Assembly (NCBI GenBank): GCA_038880755.1
Contig: JAVZRC010000001.1
Coordinates: 74,791-122,265 of the forward strand
Direction of reading: 5' to 3'
Source of the DNA: Candidatus Micrarchaeia archaeon
GTDB taxonomy: Archaea > Micrarchaeota > Micrarchaeia > CABMEP01
DNA length: 47,475 nucleotides
In this document: piece by piece, positions 37,693 through 46,210 of the stretch
Layout of the letters: every line of letters begins with the position of its first letter
Position numbering within the stretch: the stretch's first letter is position 1
Translations under genes and position numbers: made by a program
Notes under the pieces: model-generated
Told to the model about the DNA's origin: nothing
The model's input: the letters and a program-made list of their open reading frames with translations, nothing else
Databases searched by the model: none

Positions 37693-37971
37693 CTAGTTAT
37701 TATTTATGCAGTCGCTAAGAAAGGTAAAAACAAATATAAAAACAATAATAAATATGCATCAGAAGATTATTAATACAACTGATCCAACTACTTTATCTAT
37801 TATTTTTCTATTATTTTTAAATGACCTTCAAGTTATATTCTCAATGAATCAATACTCTTTCCTCCCGAATCAATACAGTCTTATAATTATTATGGGTAAT
37901 GAGAGCAATAAGATAATAATTATCTTGAAGACCAAATCAAGAGAAGTATTATGCTTTCAGTCAAATAAAAG
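37693..37971 (-). pseudogene. Cryptic 2-TM membrane-protein frame interrupted only by five TGA codons
   Basis: Manual translation: LLFD*KHNTSLDLVFKIIIILLLSLPIIIIRLY*FGRKEY*FIENIT*RSFKNNRKIIDKVVGSVVLIIF*CIFIIVFIFVFTFLSDCINNN, then TAG. Confidence 0.5.
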
Positions 37972-37996
37972 TTACCTTTAAATACCTGAACTGAGA

Positions 37997-39250
37997 ATGA
38001 TAATCATGACAGAAAGAGAGGAGAAGATAATAAAGAAAGGAGAAAAGAAGGAAGAAAAGAAACCTTCACTATGGCAAGGAATGAAACCACTAGTTCCAGA
38101 TACAATTAGTTTTGATGAAACAGAAATCAATACATCTAAAACCATTCCAATAAATATAAATAAGAATCAAATAGATTACTCATCGGTTATAAAACTTAAT
38201 GAGAAGGTATTTTATCATATTAAAGAGATATATGAAAAGAATAAAGATCCATTTACTCTTTATTTATTAATAGACAGTGCCCGTTCGTTGGCACGCAAAC
38301 AACCAACAATTGAAAAAACAGAAGAAGTCTATACTGAAGTAATTAAAATAATAGATGAAATGCTGAAAGAACAGCCAAACAATCTTTACTTTATTAATCT
38401 TAAACTCAGCATTTATTACGAATTGGCGGAAATGTATTATAATGCTTATAACTATATAAACAATGTACCTATTTCCCAATCTAATTTCACTAAAGAGAGT
38501 AAGCCTACCTTATGGCAAAGAATGAAAAAACCATTAGCTGCAGGCCTATTAGGTGCTTCTTTACTTTTCAGTCCAGTAAAGAATGCAGATGCAGTTGGAT
38601 TTTATGCAAGACAGCCACCTTACTATGCAGCTAAAGTAATAGAAAAGAAATACAATACAGGTTGGAAGCTTTTAGTAAAAGTACACAAAGATAAAATTGG
38701 AGAAATTAATATAGATGATTCATTAGGAATAAAATTAAATGAATCAGCAATCAATTATTTCAAGAAAAAATATGAAGAAACAAAAGATATTGATGCCCTC
38801 TATCTATGGGTTTATAGTATTTATTCTTTAGCTGCATATCATCAAACATTTGAAGAAACAGAAAAAACCTGCCTGGAAGCAATAAAAATAATAGACGAAA
38901 GACTAAAAGAAAAACACGATTTCAATTTTATAGATCTAAAATTAACGATATATTACAATTTAGCTGATGTATACTATGACGGCGCAATGAAAGATCCACG
39001 TGCCGTAGCCTGGGGACATGTTGATTTCTCAAAATTAGATTTCTACAAACAAAAATCAATCGAATATTGTAATAAATATAACAAATATCTTGAAGAAGTA
39101 AAGAAAATATGGGATAAAGTGGATATGTTCATTTTTAAAGACTTAAGATATAATCAAAATGATGTAGAAGACACAAAAAACGTATTTATGAAATCTTATG
39201 AAGAAGATGATAAAAAAATCCAAATCATTCTAGACAAACTAAAAGAGTAA
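37997..39250 (+). CDS. Hypothetical helical protein made of two tandem homologous units
   Basis: KPSLWQGMK...IKIIDEMLKE...FINLKLSIYYELA recurs as KPTLWQRMK...IKIIDERLKE...FIDLKLTIYYNLA. Confidence 0.8.
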   Translation: MIIMTEREEKIIKKGEKKEEKKPSLWQGMKPLVPDTISFDETEINTSKTIPININKNQIDYSSVIKLNEKVFYHIKEIYEKNKDPFTLYLLIDSARSLARKQPTIEKTEEVYTEVIKIIDEMLKEQPNNLYFINLKLSIYYELAEMYYNAYNYINNVPISQSNFTKESKPTLWQRMKKPLAAGLLGASLLFSPVKNADAVGFYARQPPYYAAKVIEKKYNTGWKLLVKVHKDKIGEINIDDSLGIKLNESAINYFKKKYEETKDIDALYLWVYSIYSLAAYHQTFEETEKTCLEAIKIIDERLKEKHDFNFIDLKLTIYYNLADVYYDGAMKDPRAVAWGHVDFSKLDFYKQKSIEYCNKYNKYLEEVKKIWDKVDMFIFKDLRYNQNDVEDTKNVFMKSYEEDDKKIQIILDKLKE

Positions 39251-39280
39251 TTTTATAAATATAAATTATAAAATAAGTAC

Positions 39281-42181
39281 ATGAGTTTATTTTTGTTTGA
39301 TGCGATTGGAAACGCTGAAAAACTAGGCGAACAATTCAAACAGCCTTTTCCCACTCTTCAACCCCCGCCTCCTTCTTTCTCTTCCTTTTCATCAAATTTT
39401 ACTCACATTATCAGAGCAGATGAAAACAAAATGCTTGTAGTAAACCAACCCCCTCTTGAAGTTCTTCTTTCTTTAAAACAACAACAAGAACAGCAAAAAG
39501 AACTAATAGAAACAAAAGAAAAAGAAGAGATTGAAGAAAAAGAAGAAATAAAAGAAATAAGTCTGGAAGAAGAAGCAGAAAATCTGCTTGAAAGCTGCGA
39601 AGAATATGAAGCTATAATTGCAGAAATGGAAGGAATGATTCAGACATTAGTAACAAGAATACAAAACAGAGGAAAGATCTCATATCCTGTCTCATTTTTA
39701 ATAACAAAATATGTAGAACCTGCAATAAAGGCAGAAGAAGCAGCAGATTCATTAAAAGAAGAAATCTCATCACCAGAAAAGAAAGAAACGAAAATAATGA
39801 AAGAACTGGATGAATTTGACGAATCGCTTATAAAAATAGATCCAAAACTCTCAATAATAGAAGAATCAATCAATAAAATAGAAGAAAATAAAGGCAATGA
39901 AAAATTCGTAATAAACGAAGCCTCAAGAATCGCATCCCTTTCAGATCTTGAAACCCTGCTGGAAAAGGATGCAAAGATCATAAAAGACAAAGCATTTGAA
40001 GACAGCAAAGAAGAGAGAGAAGAGCGTATAGATTCTGCAAAAGCGCTGATAAATTCGTTTATTGAAATGTTGGAAAAGGCAGAGGGAAAACTCGGCAGTT
40101 TAGTAAAGCAAGGAAAGAAGGAGATTCCACCTGACTTTTATGAGAAAAACCTTTCACCCTTATTGCAGGACTTTCCAAAAAGCATCCAAGATTATATCAA
40201 ATATAAATCAAAGGATAGGATGACCACTCCTGGCGAACTTATTAGGATTATTGATGAGATAATAGACTGGTTAAGATCAGACAGATTTCTCAAAATTCTT
40301 GATAATGAAGTCATAAACAGCGATCTTTCTGGAAAGAATGTTCGCGAGATCCTTGAAGAGGCATTAAAGAAGACAGAAGAATTTATGAAGGCAAAAAGAA
40401 AGCTGGAAGATGCAGTGGCAAGGAAGGATAATAATGCTATAATTCAGGCATTGGAAGAAATGAAGGTTCATATAAAATCGAAACCAATTACTAAGAGATT
40501 GGCTGAATTTAAGGAAAGATTAGGAATACTTATTGAAATGAAGCAAAAGGCTGAAATGGAAAAAATAAGGAAAAAGAAAGAGATCGAGTCGATAGAAAAA
40601 GAAATGAATGAGATTTACAATCAAATTGCAAGATTCCTAGATGAAATGGGCCCATTCTTTCAGATTTTCAGATCTATAAAGATAGCAGTTAATCAGCCAA
40701 ATCAAAACATATCCAAAGCATATCTTGAAATGATTCAAAATCTTCTTGAAAAGCTGAGAGAAACAAACTCTATAGCGATTGAAACCAAGAACAAAAGAAT
40801 TCCAGAATATATTTATCTTAAAAAGAAATACGATCAGCTTAAGAAATCAAAATTCGAATCAAAAAAGGAATATCGTGATGCACTGTTGAAGGAAATAGAA
40901 GCATTTTCCTCTCTTTATAAGGATGATGCATATAAATGGTTAAAAGATGGATCTGTTGAAGAGATAGAGGAATGGATTTCTGTTTCTCTGAAGCGCGATC
41001 CAAAGGAAAAATTAAAGTGTGCTATTCTTTTGCTGAATATAGATATTTCCCTTTACAATATGGCAGTCACGCTTCAATGGAAACAAACTGCATATTCCAC
41101 ATTGCTAAAACAGTTCCTTGAGAAAAAGATTTCAGAAGATACATTGGTAAAAAATGTAAATAGGATTTATTCGATATCTCCAACAAACGGCCGTGCCTTT
41201 CCTGCTATTTTAAATTCTAGAAATATAAAAAAGGAGATGTTCCGTGACATAGATCTCCCAACTAAGCTCGACTCTCTTATAGAACAGGAAGAAAAAAAGG
41301 AGAGAGAAATACCTGAATATGTTTTTAAGGATTTTAATGACATTCTGCAATTTAAGAAGAGAGAATTTGCTGAATTACAAATCAAAGATTTCAACTCTGC
41401 AGCAGAAGTTTATATCCAACTTCTTATCAAATATAAGAAAGAGAAAACAAAACCTTCACTTAATTTAATAAACGGAATTGCTGAGTTCTTATCTAATGCA
41501 GAGTACCTTGTTCATTCTTATAACAGTTTAGTTTCAAAGTTTTCCAGAAATGAATATGAATTAATGGATGATTTGATTTCACGTGAGCTGCTACCAAAGT
41601 CCATGTCTCTTTTCTTTGCAGCCCATAGCGTGGTAGACAAAGAAGGATTTTTCATACTGCATGATGTATTTGAAAGATATCTAAAGGCGCTCAGCATTAA
41701 TCACCTTCTTGTATATATCCGTTCTTCCTCTCTCAATGAAATGACTCAATTAATGGCAACAACCTACTTAAAGTATTCCCCTAATGTATCTTTTAGCTGC
41801 GCAATGAACTTATATTATAATAAGAAGTATAATGAAGCAATCAAAATGTTTCAAAAGATTTTAAAGAAGAGCAATTCCAATTATGAGAAAGCTACAATTT
41901 TGCTTTATATGGCTGAGGCATACAAGTCTTTAGGTAAATTTGATAAGATGGCTGATTGCATTATTTCCATACCCTCTCCTGATGATATGAAAGATATGTC
42001 ATACGTTAATGCCAAGCTCTATAAACTTTTAGAATTAATGGGCTTAATGGAAGAGAGAAAGGATGAATTTAAGACAGTAGCATTGGCCGATATTGAAAAA
42101 ATAAATAAAGAGTCTGATGTGCTCTCACGAAGCGAGTTGGAATTTAATTCTCTTCTTCAGAAGTTGATAGAACTTTACTAA
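39281..42181 (+). CDS. Large coiled-coil hypothetical protein with C-terminal TPR-like helices
   Basis: 966 aa, E/K-rich; AMNLYYNKKYNEAIKMFQKIL and YMAEAYKSLGKFDKM are TPR-like; low-complexity N-terminus. Confidence 0.75.
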   Translation: MSLFLFDAIGNAEKLGEQFKQPFPTLQPPPPSFSSFSSNFTHIIRADENKMLVVNQPPLEVLLSLKQQQEQQKELIETKEKEEIEEKEEIKEISLEEEAENLLESCEEYEAIIAEMEGMIQTLVTRIQNRGKISYPVSFLITKYVEPAIKAEEAADSLKEEISSPEKKETKIMKELDEFDESLIKIDPKLSIIEESINKIEENKGNEKFVINEASRIASLSDLETLLEKDAKIIKDKAFEDSKEEREERIDSAKALINSFIEMLEKAEGKLGSLVKQGKKEIPPDFYEKNLSPLLQDFPKSIQDYIKYKSKDRMTTPGELIRIIDEIIDWLRSDRFLKILDNEVINSDLSGKNVREILEEALKKTEEFMKAKRKLEDAVARKDNNAIIQALEEMKVHIKSKPITKRLAEFKERLGILIEMKQKAEMEKIRKKKEIESIEKEMNEIYNQIARFLDEMGPFFQIFRSIKIAVNQPNQNISKAYLEMIQNLLEKLRETNSIAIETKNKRIPEYIYLKKKYDQLKKSKFESKKEYRDALLKEIEAFSSLYKDDAYKWLKDGSVEEIEEWISVSLKRDPKEKLKCAILLLNIDISLYNMAVTLQWKQTAYSTLLKQFLEKKISEDTLVKNVNRIYSISPTNGRAFPAILNSRNIKKEMFRDIDLPTKLDSLIEQEEKKEREIPEYVFKDFNDILQFKKREFAELQIKDFNSAAEVYIQLLIKYKKEKTKPSLNLINGIAEFLSNAEYLVHSYNSLVSKFSRNEYELMDDLISRELLPKSMSLFFAAHSVVDKEGFFILHDVFERYLKALSINHLLVYIRSSSLNEMTQLMATTYLKYSPNVSFSCAMNLYYNKKYNEAIKMFQKILKKSNSNYEKATILLYMAEAYKSLGKFDKMADCIISIPSPDDMKDMSYVNAKLYKLLELMGLMEERKDEFKTVALADIEKINKESDVLSRSELEFNSLLQKLIELY

Positions 42182-42378
42182 TTTTATAGCAATACAATAA
42201 TAAGCGAAAAAGTAAAATAATTTCTGAAGAAATACTGTTAAGAAATGCTAATAAAGCCGCCAAAAAATACCATGATATTATATAAAAATGTCATCAATTA
42301 AAAGAATTTACTTTAATAGTATTACTTTCTTTAATATTGTTAATATTATATTGATCTTATCTGAGATGGGGTGTTTAT

Positions 42379-43047
42379 TTGACTAAGAAAAAAATCAAAG
42401 CAATAATCTTTGATATGGATAACACGCTTTTAGAGCTGAATGTTGATTGGTATAAGCTTACAAACGATATAGATTATGAATACTTCCAAGGAAAATATTC
42501 GCATCTAACTCCGCATAAGTTTTTTGTTGCTTTTTTCTCAAAGCTTTTAGATAAGCTTACAACCAGGCAGAAGAAAGAGATTAGAGAAAAGAGATTAGAG
42601 AAAGAGATGGAAGGACTGGCAACAGGCACATGTTTCCCTTACAGAGGAATCTTGAAATCTTTAAGCAAGAAATACAAGCTTGGCGTTGTGTCCGGAAATT
42701 ACCGCCAAACAATAATTAAAGCATTGCAAAGGTGTGGATTTAGAAAATACATTAAAGCAATAGTATCTATAGATGATGTTCCTGAATCAAAGCCATCCCC
42801 CCTTCCTCTGCAAAAGGCACTTAAAATGTTAATGGTTAAGCCGGAGGAAGCAGTTTATGTAGGAGACCATCCAGATGACATAAAGGCAGCTAGAAATGCA
42901 GGCATGTCTTCCATCGGTGTTCTTACATACAAGAGAAAATATGATCAACTTCAGAAAGAGAATCCAGACGTAATAATAAAGAATCTATTTGAACTTGAAA
43001 GCGCAATTGATCAATTAGAGAATAAACTGAGAATAAATGATGTTTGA
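42379..43047 (+). CDS. HAD-superfamily phosphatase (Gph/PPase-like)
   Basis: FDMDNTL, VVSGN, SKPSP and YVGDHPDD motifs; TTG start after GGGGTG. Confidence 0.9.
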   Translation: MTKKKIKAIIFDMDNTLLELNVDWYKLTNDIDYEYFQGKYSHLTPHKFFVAFFSKLLDKLTTRQKKEIREKRLEKEMEGLATGTCFPYRGILKSLSKKYKLGVVSGNYRQTIIKALQRCGFRKYIKAIVSIDDVPESKPSPLPLQKALKMLMVKPEEAVYVGDHPDDIKAARNAGMSSIGVLTYKRKYDQLQKENPDVIIKNLFELESAIDQLENKLRINDV

Positions 43048-43092
43048 TTTTCTTAACTGGATGAATTTTAAATTTATTGCTTATATCTTATT

Positions 43093-43785
43093 ATGGCAGA
43101 ACCTAAAAAGATACAGATTGGAATCTCTGGAATAGATGACATGCTTAATGGTGGAATACCTAAAAGGCATCATGTGCTTGTTTCAGGTGGTCCTGGAAGC
43201 GGAAAAACATTATTCTGCTTTGAATACCTTTATAGAGGTGCAAAGAAAGGAGAGAAGGGTCTTTTTATTACCTTAGAAGAGGATCCAGAATTAATAGTTG
43301 AAAACGTAAAGAGCGCATTTTCAGGATTGAAGGATATAGATTCAATGGTAGATAAGGATATATTCATCATCAAACCTGCAATGTATGACTTCAAAAACTT
43401 TTCAGATATCCTCCAGTCTTATGTGGTTCATCACGGCGTTAAAAGAGTGGTCATAGATTCATCTACTTTACTCAGATTCAGCTTTGAAGAGGTTTTGGAG
43501 TTTAGGAAAAAACTTATTGAATTCCTTAGTTTCCTAAGAAATCTGGATTGCACTGCATTGATTACTTCAGAGCTAGAGAATCCAGTAAGAAACAAAATGA
43601 AGTTCAACATAGAACAGTTTGCAGCAGACGGAATCATAGTTCTTTACAACATGCCAAGAAAGGAAAAAAGAATAAGGGCTTTGGAAATAATAAAAATGAG
43701 GGGAACAGATCATTCAAGAGATCTGGTTCCAATGAAGATCACATCTCAAGGAATAACTGTATTTCCAGGTGAAAAGATCTATTGA
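43093..43785 (+). CDS. KaiC/RAD55-like RecA-family ATPase (intact)
   Basis: Walker A GGPGSGKT, ITLEE, Walker B VVIDS, ADGII, KMRG. Confidence 0.93.
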   Translation: MAEPKKIQIGISGIDDMLNGGIPKRHHVLVSGGPGSGKTLFCFEYLYRGAKKGEKGLFITLEEDPELIVENVKSAFSGLKDIDSMVDKDIFIIKPAMYDFKNFSDILQSYVVHHGVKRVVIDSSTLLRFSFEEVLEFRKKLIEFLSFLRNLDCTALITSELENPVRNKMKFNIEQFAADGIIVLYNMPRKEKRIRALEIIKMRGTDHSRDLVPMKITSQGITVFPGEKIY

Positions 43786-43832
43786 TTGATGATAATATAG
43801 AGATTTAATAAGAGAGTTAAGATAGTGGTTTA

Positions 43833-44642
43833 ATGAAAATTGATAATGAATATGTTTCATTCATTTTCGATCTTGAACAAGATATAGATTTAAGCAAGCT
43901 TTCAAAAAGCAAGAACTTTCTTTCGCTTCCAAACGAATCCAACTTTTTGTTTTCTGTTATTGAAAACAAGATATTTTTCATTGTTTTTAGAAGCGGAAAA
44001 GTGAGGATCACCTATCCAGACGGTGATGTAGAATCTCTTCAAAAAAATATTTCAGAGTTTGCACCAAAGATAAGCGAATTATTTAACGAAGTTAAAGAGA
44101 AAGCTAAGATAAAGGCAAACATATCTTCAGTTATTTCAAAAGGAAGATTCGAAAGCGAAAAAGATGGCTTTGAGATAAGGAAAGAGATCTGTGAGAAGGA
44201 TTGTTCAATTCCAGTAGGGCTTTTTATGGATTTGGCTTTTCTTTCTCCAATGCAGTTGTTCGGCCAATATAACCATGAAAGATTGCTAACTTTTTCAGGC
44301 GAAAAATTCGGCAGAAAGATTTCTGCCAAGAATAAGCAGGATTTAGAGAAAGAAATAAAGAAATTTATTGAACAGAACAATCTAGGGTCGGTTGAACTGA
44401 TAAAAACAAAGGAGGATGAAACAGGAGCCATTCCTTTTTCTTCCTTCAGGGTATACAAAAGCAAGTTTGTATATGGATTGCCGCCGACTGGAAAGGCAGA
44501 ATGTTATTTCATACAAGCTTTGATAAGGGGCGCATTTGCGTCATATCTTAAACAGGAAAATATCAACATAATAGAAACAAAATGCTGGAGAAAAGGAGAT
44601 GTTTATTGCGAATTCAATGTTTATCTGTTAAAACATTCATGA
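43833..44642 (+). CDS. V4R-domain protein with a TBP-like N-terminal domain
   Basis: V4R motifs ECYFIQALIRGAF and ETKCWRKGDVYCEF; N-terminus DLEQDIDLSKL...IVFRSGKVRIT resembles a TBP repeat. Confidence 0.75.
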   Translation: MKIDNEYVSFIFDLEQDIDLSKLSKSKNFLSLPNESNFLFSVIENKIFFIVFRSGKVRITYPDGDVESLQKNISEFAPKISELFNEVKEKAKIKANISSVISKGRFESEKDGFEIRKEICEKDCSIPVGLFMDLAFLSPMQLFGQYNHERLLTFSGEKFGRKISAKNKQDLEKEIKKFIEQNNLGSVELIKTKEDETGAIPFSSFRVYKSKFVYGLPPTGKAECYFIQALIRGAFASYLKQENINIIETKCWRKGDVYCEFNVYLLKHS

Positions 44643-44751
44643 TTAGATTCGTGATTAGATATTTTTATTAATTAGATGTATTAATATTTTTATTAATATT
44701 CTAAAAATATATTCTAATGATCAATAAAAAGTACAATAAAAAGTAGGTTTT

Positions 44752-45441
44752 ATGAAATCTCAAAAGGATAAAATAGGAATTGATTTTATAGATAATCTAA
44801 TGCAAGGAGGGCTTCCATCAAAGACAGCTCTGCTAATAGAAGGCACATCTGGAATCGGCCAGAATGTCATGCTTTATCAATTCCTTTATGAAGGAATAAA
44901 GAATAATGAAAAATGCATCTATCTATTTTCAGGACATATGATAGATGAGATAATGGATGAGTTTGAGTCCTATGGAATAGAGATAAAGGAAAAGGATATT
45001 GTTTGGATTGATGCCTCTTCTTCCAATGAAAATGCAATTCAATGCGATTTATCAGAACTTTACACTGTTTCTTCAGCCATTAAAAATGTGATCTCAAGCA
45101 GAAAGAAAAACGAAAAGATAAGATTTGCTACTGATGCAGTATCTCCCATGCTGATGGCAAATAATCCAGGAGAGGTTTACAAGTTTCTTTCATCGCTTAT
45201 AACAGAGCTGAAGAAAGCGGATGCACAGTCAATGTTTATAATAGAGGATGCAATGCACGAGCCCCAGGTAACTGCATCTATAGAACAGCTTTGCGACGGA
45301 GTTATTGAATTAAAGGCAATTGAAAGAGATTTGGAAATTGAAACAGTAATGAAGATAAAGAAGATGAAGAATATTCCTCCATTTCAAAAATATTTCAAAT
45401 ATAAAGTTACAGAAGAAGGTATAGTGGAAAAGAGGGAATAA
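44752..45441 (+). CDS. KaiC/RAD55-like ATPase paralog with degenerate catalytic motifs
   Basis: Same architecture (GGLP, CDGVIEL) but Walker A is GTSGIGQN, the EE motif is lost and KMR is KMK. Confidence 0.85.
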   Translation: MKSQKDKIGIDFIDNLMQGGLPSKTALLIEGTSGIGQNVMLYQFLYEGIKNNEKCIYLFSGHMIDEIMDEFESYGIEIKEKDIVWIDASSSNENAIQCDLSELYTVSSAIKNVISSRKKNEKIRFATDAVSPMLMANNPGEVYKFLSSLITELKKADAQSMFIIEDAMHEPQVTASIEQLCDGVIELKAIERDLEIETVMKIKKMKNIPPFQKYFKYKVTEEGIVEKRE

Positions 45442-45442
45442 C

Positions 45443-46201
45443 ATGTCTGAATTTGCAAGCGAATCAAATCTAACAAACATAATTGCAGAGATCGCAGGAT
45501 TGTCAGCTCCATTCTATCTAATAATTGCATTGTCTCTGCCAATAATAGCTGCCTTCCTAGTATACAGATACTTAATAACCAATAAGATAGTTGTTGACAA
45601 ATTAGCAAAGAAAAGACTCTTTGCTTCCATGCTTACTGCAGTGTTTTCAATCTTATTCACTGAGATAGATGCTATAGGATCACTGACTGGATTGGAATTC
45701 GGACAATACGTTCTGATAAGGAGATATGTGGGTGCAGTTGCAATATACGGAGTTTATCTTTTGTTCTGCTCACTAATTGAATCAGCTTTGAAATATGATT
45801 ACACCCATAACAGAAAGAGGCTTGTGCAGGACGGGCATATGGGAAGAATATCCAGCTTCCTTCTCATAGCCATACTAATTATTTCTCCATTTATTGGGGA
45901 TAAGCAGCTTTCAGATTTCTTTACATTCATGATAGCAGTACTCTTGCTTTTAATTATGATAATTGCATTAAAAGTTTTGAAAGATACTGAAAAGGGAATA
46001 AAAGACAAAACAACAAGAAAATTCACTGTATGGTCTTGCTATCAGGTTGTTTTCATGAGCATAGGCGCATTTTTCAATACAGTTGCAATATTGGCAAGCC
46101 TTCCGCCTGCAGCAAACCTGATAAGAATACCAATGTCTATCCTAGTTGCATATGCAGCTTATAAGGTTTCAAAGAATTTAATAAAAGTAGAAGAAGAGTA
46201 A
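45443..46201 (+). CDS. Membrane protein with about 7 TM helices (putative sensor)
   Basis: Seven hydrophobic segments by eye; starts 1 nt after the upstream stop codon. Confidence 0.75.
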   Translation: MSEFASESNLTNIIAEIAGLSAPFYLIIALSLPIIAAFLVYRYLITNKIVVDKLAKKRLFASMLTAVFSILFTEIDAIGSLTGLEFGQYVLIRRYVGAVAIYGVYLLFCSLIESALKYDYTHNRKRLVQDGHMGRISSFLLIAILIISPFIGDKQLSDFFTFMIAVLLLLIMIIALKVLKDTEKGIKDKTTRKFTVWSCYQVVFMSIGAFFNTVAILASLPPAANLIRIPMSILVAYAAYKVSKNLIKVEEE

Positions 46202-46210
46202 GGTGGTCTT

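Noticed and set aside
37615-37696. GTTTCCA near a C-run as a possible ORB/origin element, plus the CTAGAA-ACG-TTCTAG palindrome
   Set aside because: Single partial match, no repeated ORBs and no adjacent cdc6/orc1; the palindrome is short.
37693-37971. Selenoprotein or host-wide TGA recoding as the explanation for the five TGA codons
   Set aside because: Host genes end in TGA at the expected positions; five Sec residues in a short non-redox membrane peptide is implausible, and no SECIS-like element was seen.
37706-37981. 91-aa + strand ORF
   Set aside because: No RBS, and its I/N/K/T-rich composition with mostly A-initial codons fits the antisense shadow of the minus-strand membrane-protein frame; not fully excluded.
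39281-42181. SMC/Rad50-like ATPase call for the 966-aa coiled-coil protein
   Set aside because: No Walker A/B, ABC signature or CxxC hook visible.
44640-44700. Short direct repeats TGATTAGAT and ATATTTTTATTAAT
   Set aside because: Low-complexity AT-rich spacer; could arise by chance or slippage.
43093-45441. Circadian KaiABC clock
   Set aside because: Both proteins are single-domain RAD55-like, and no kaiA or kaiB is present.
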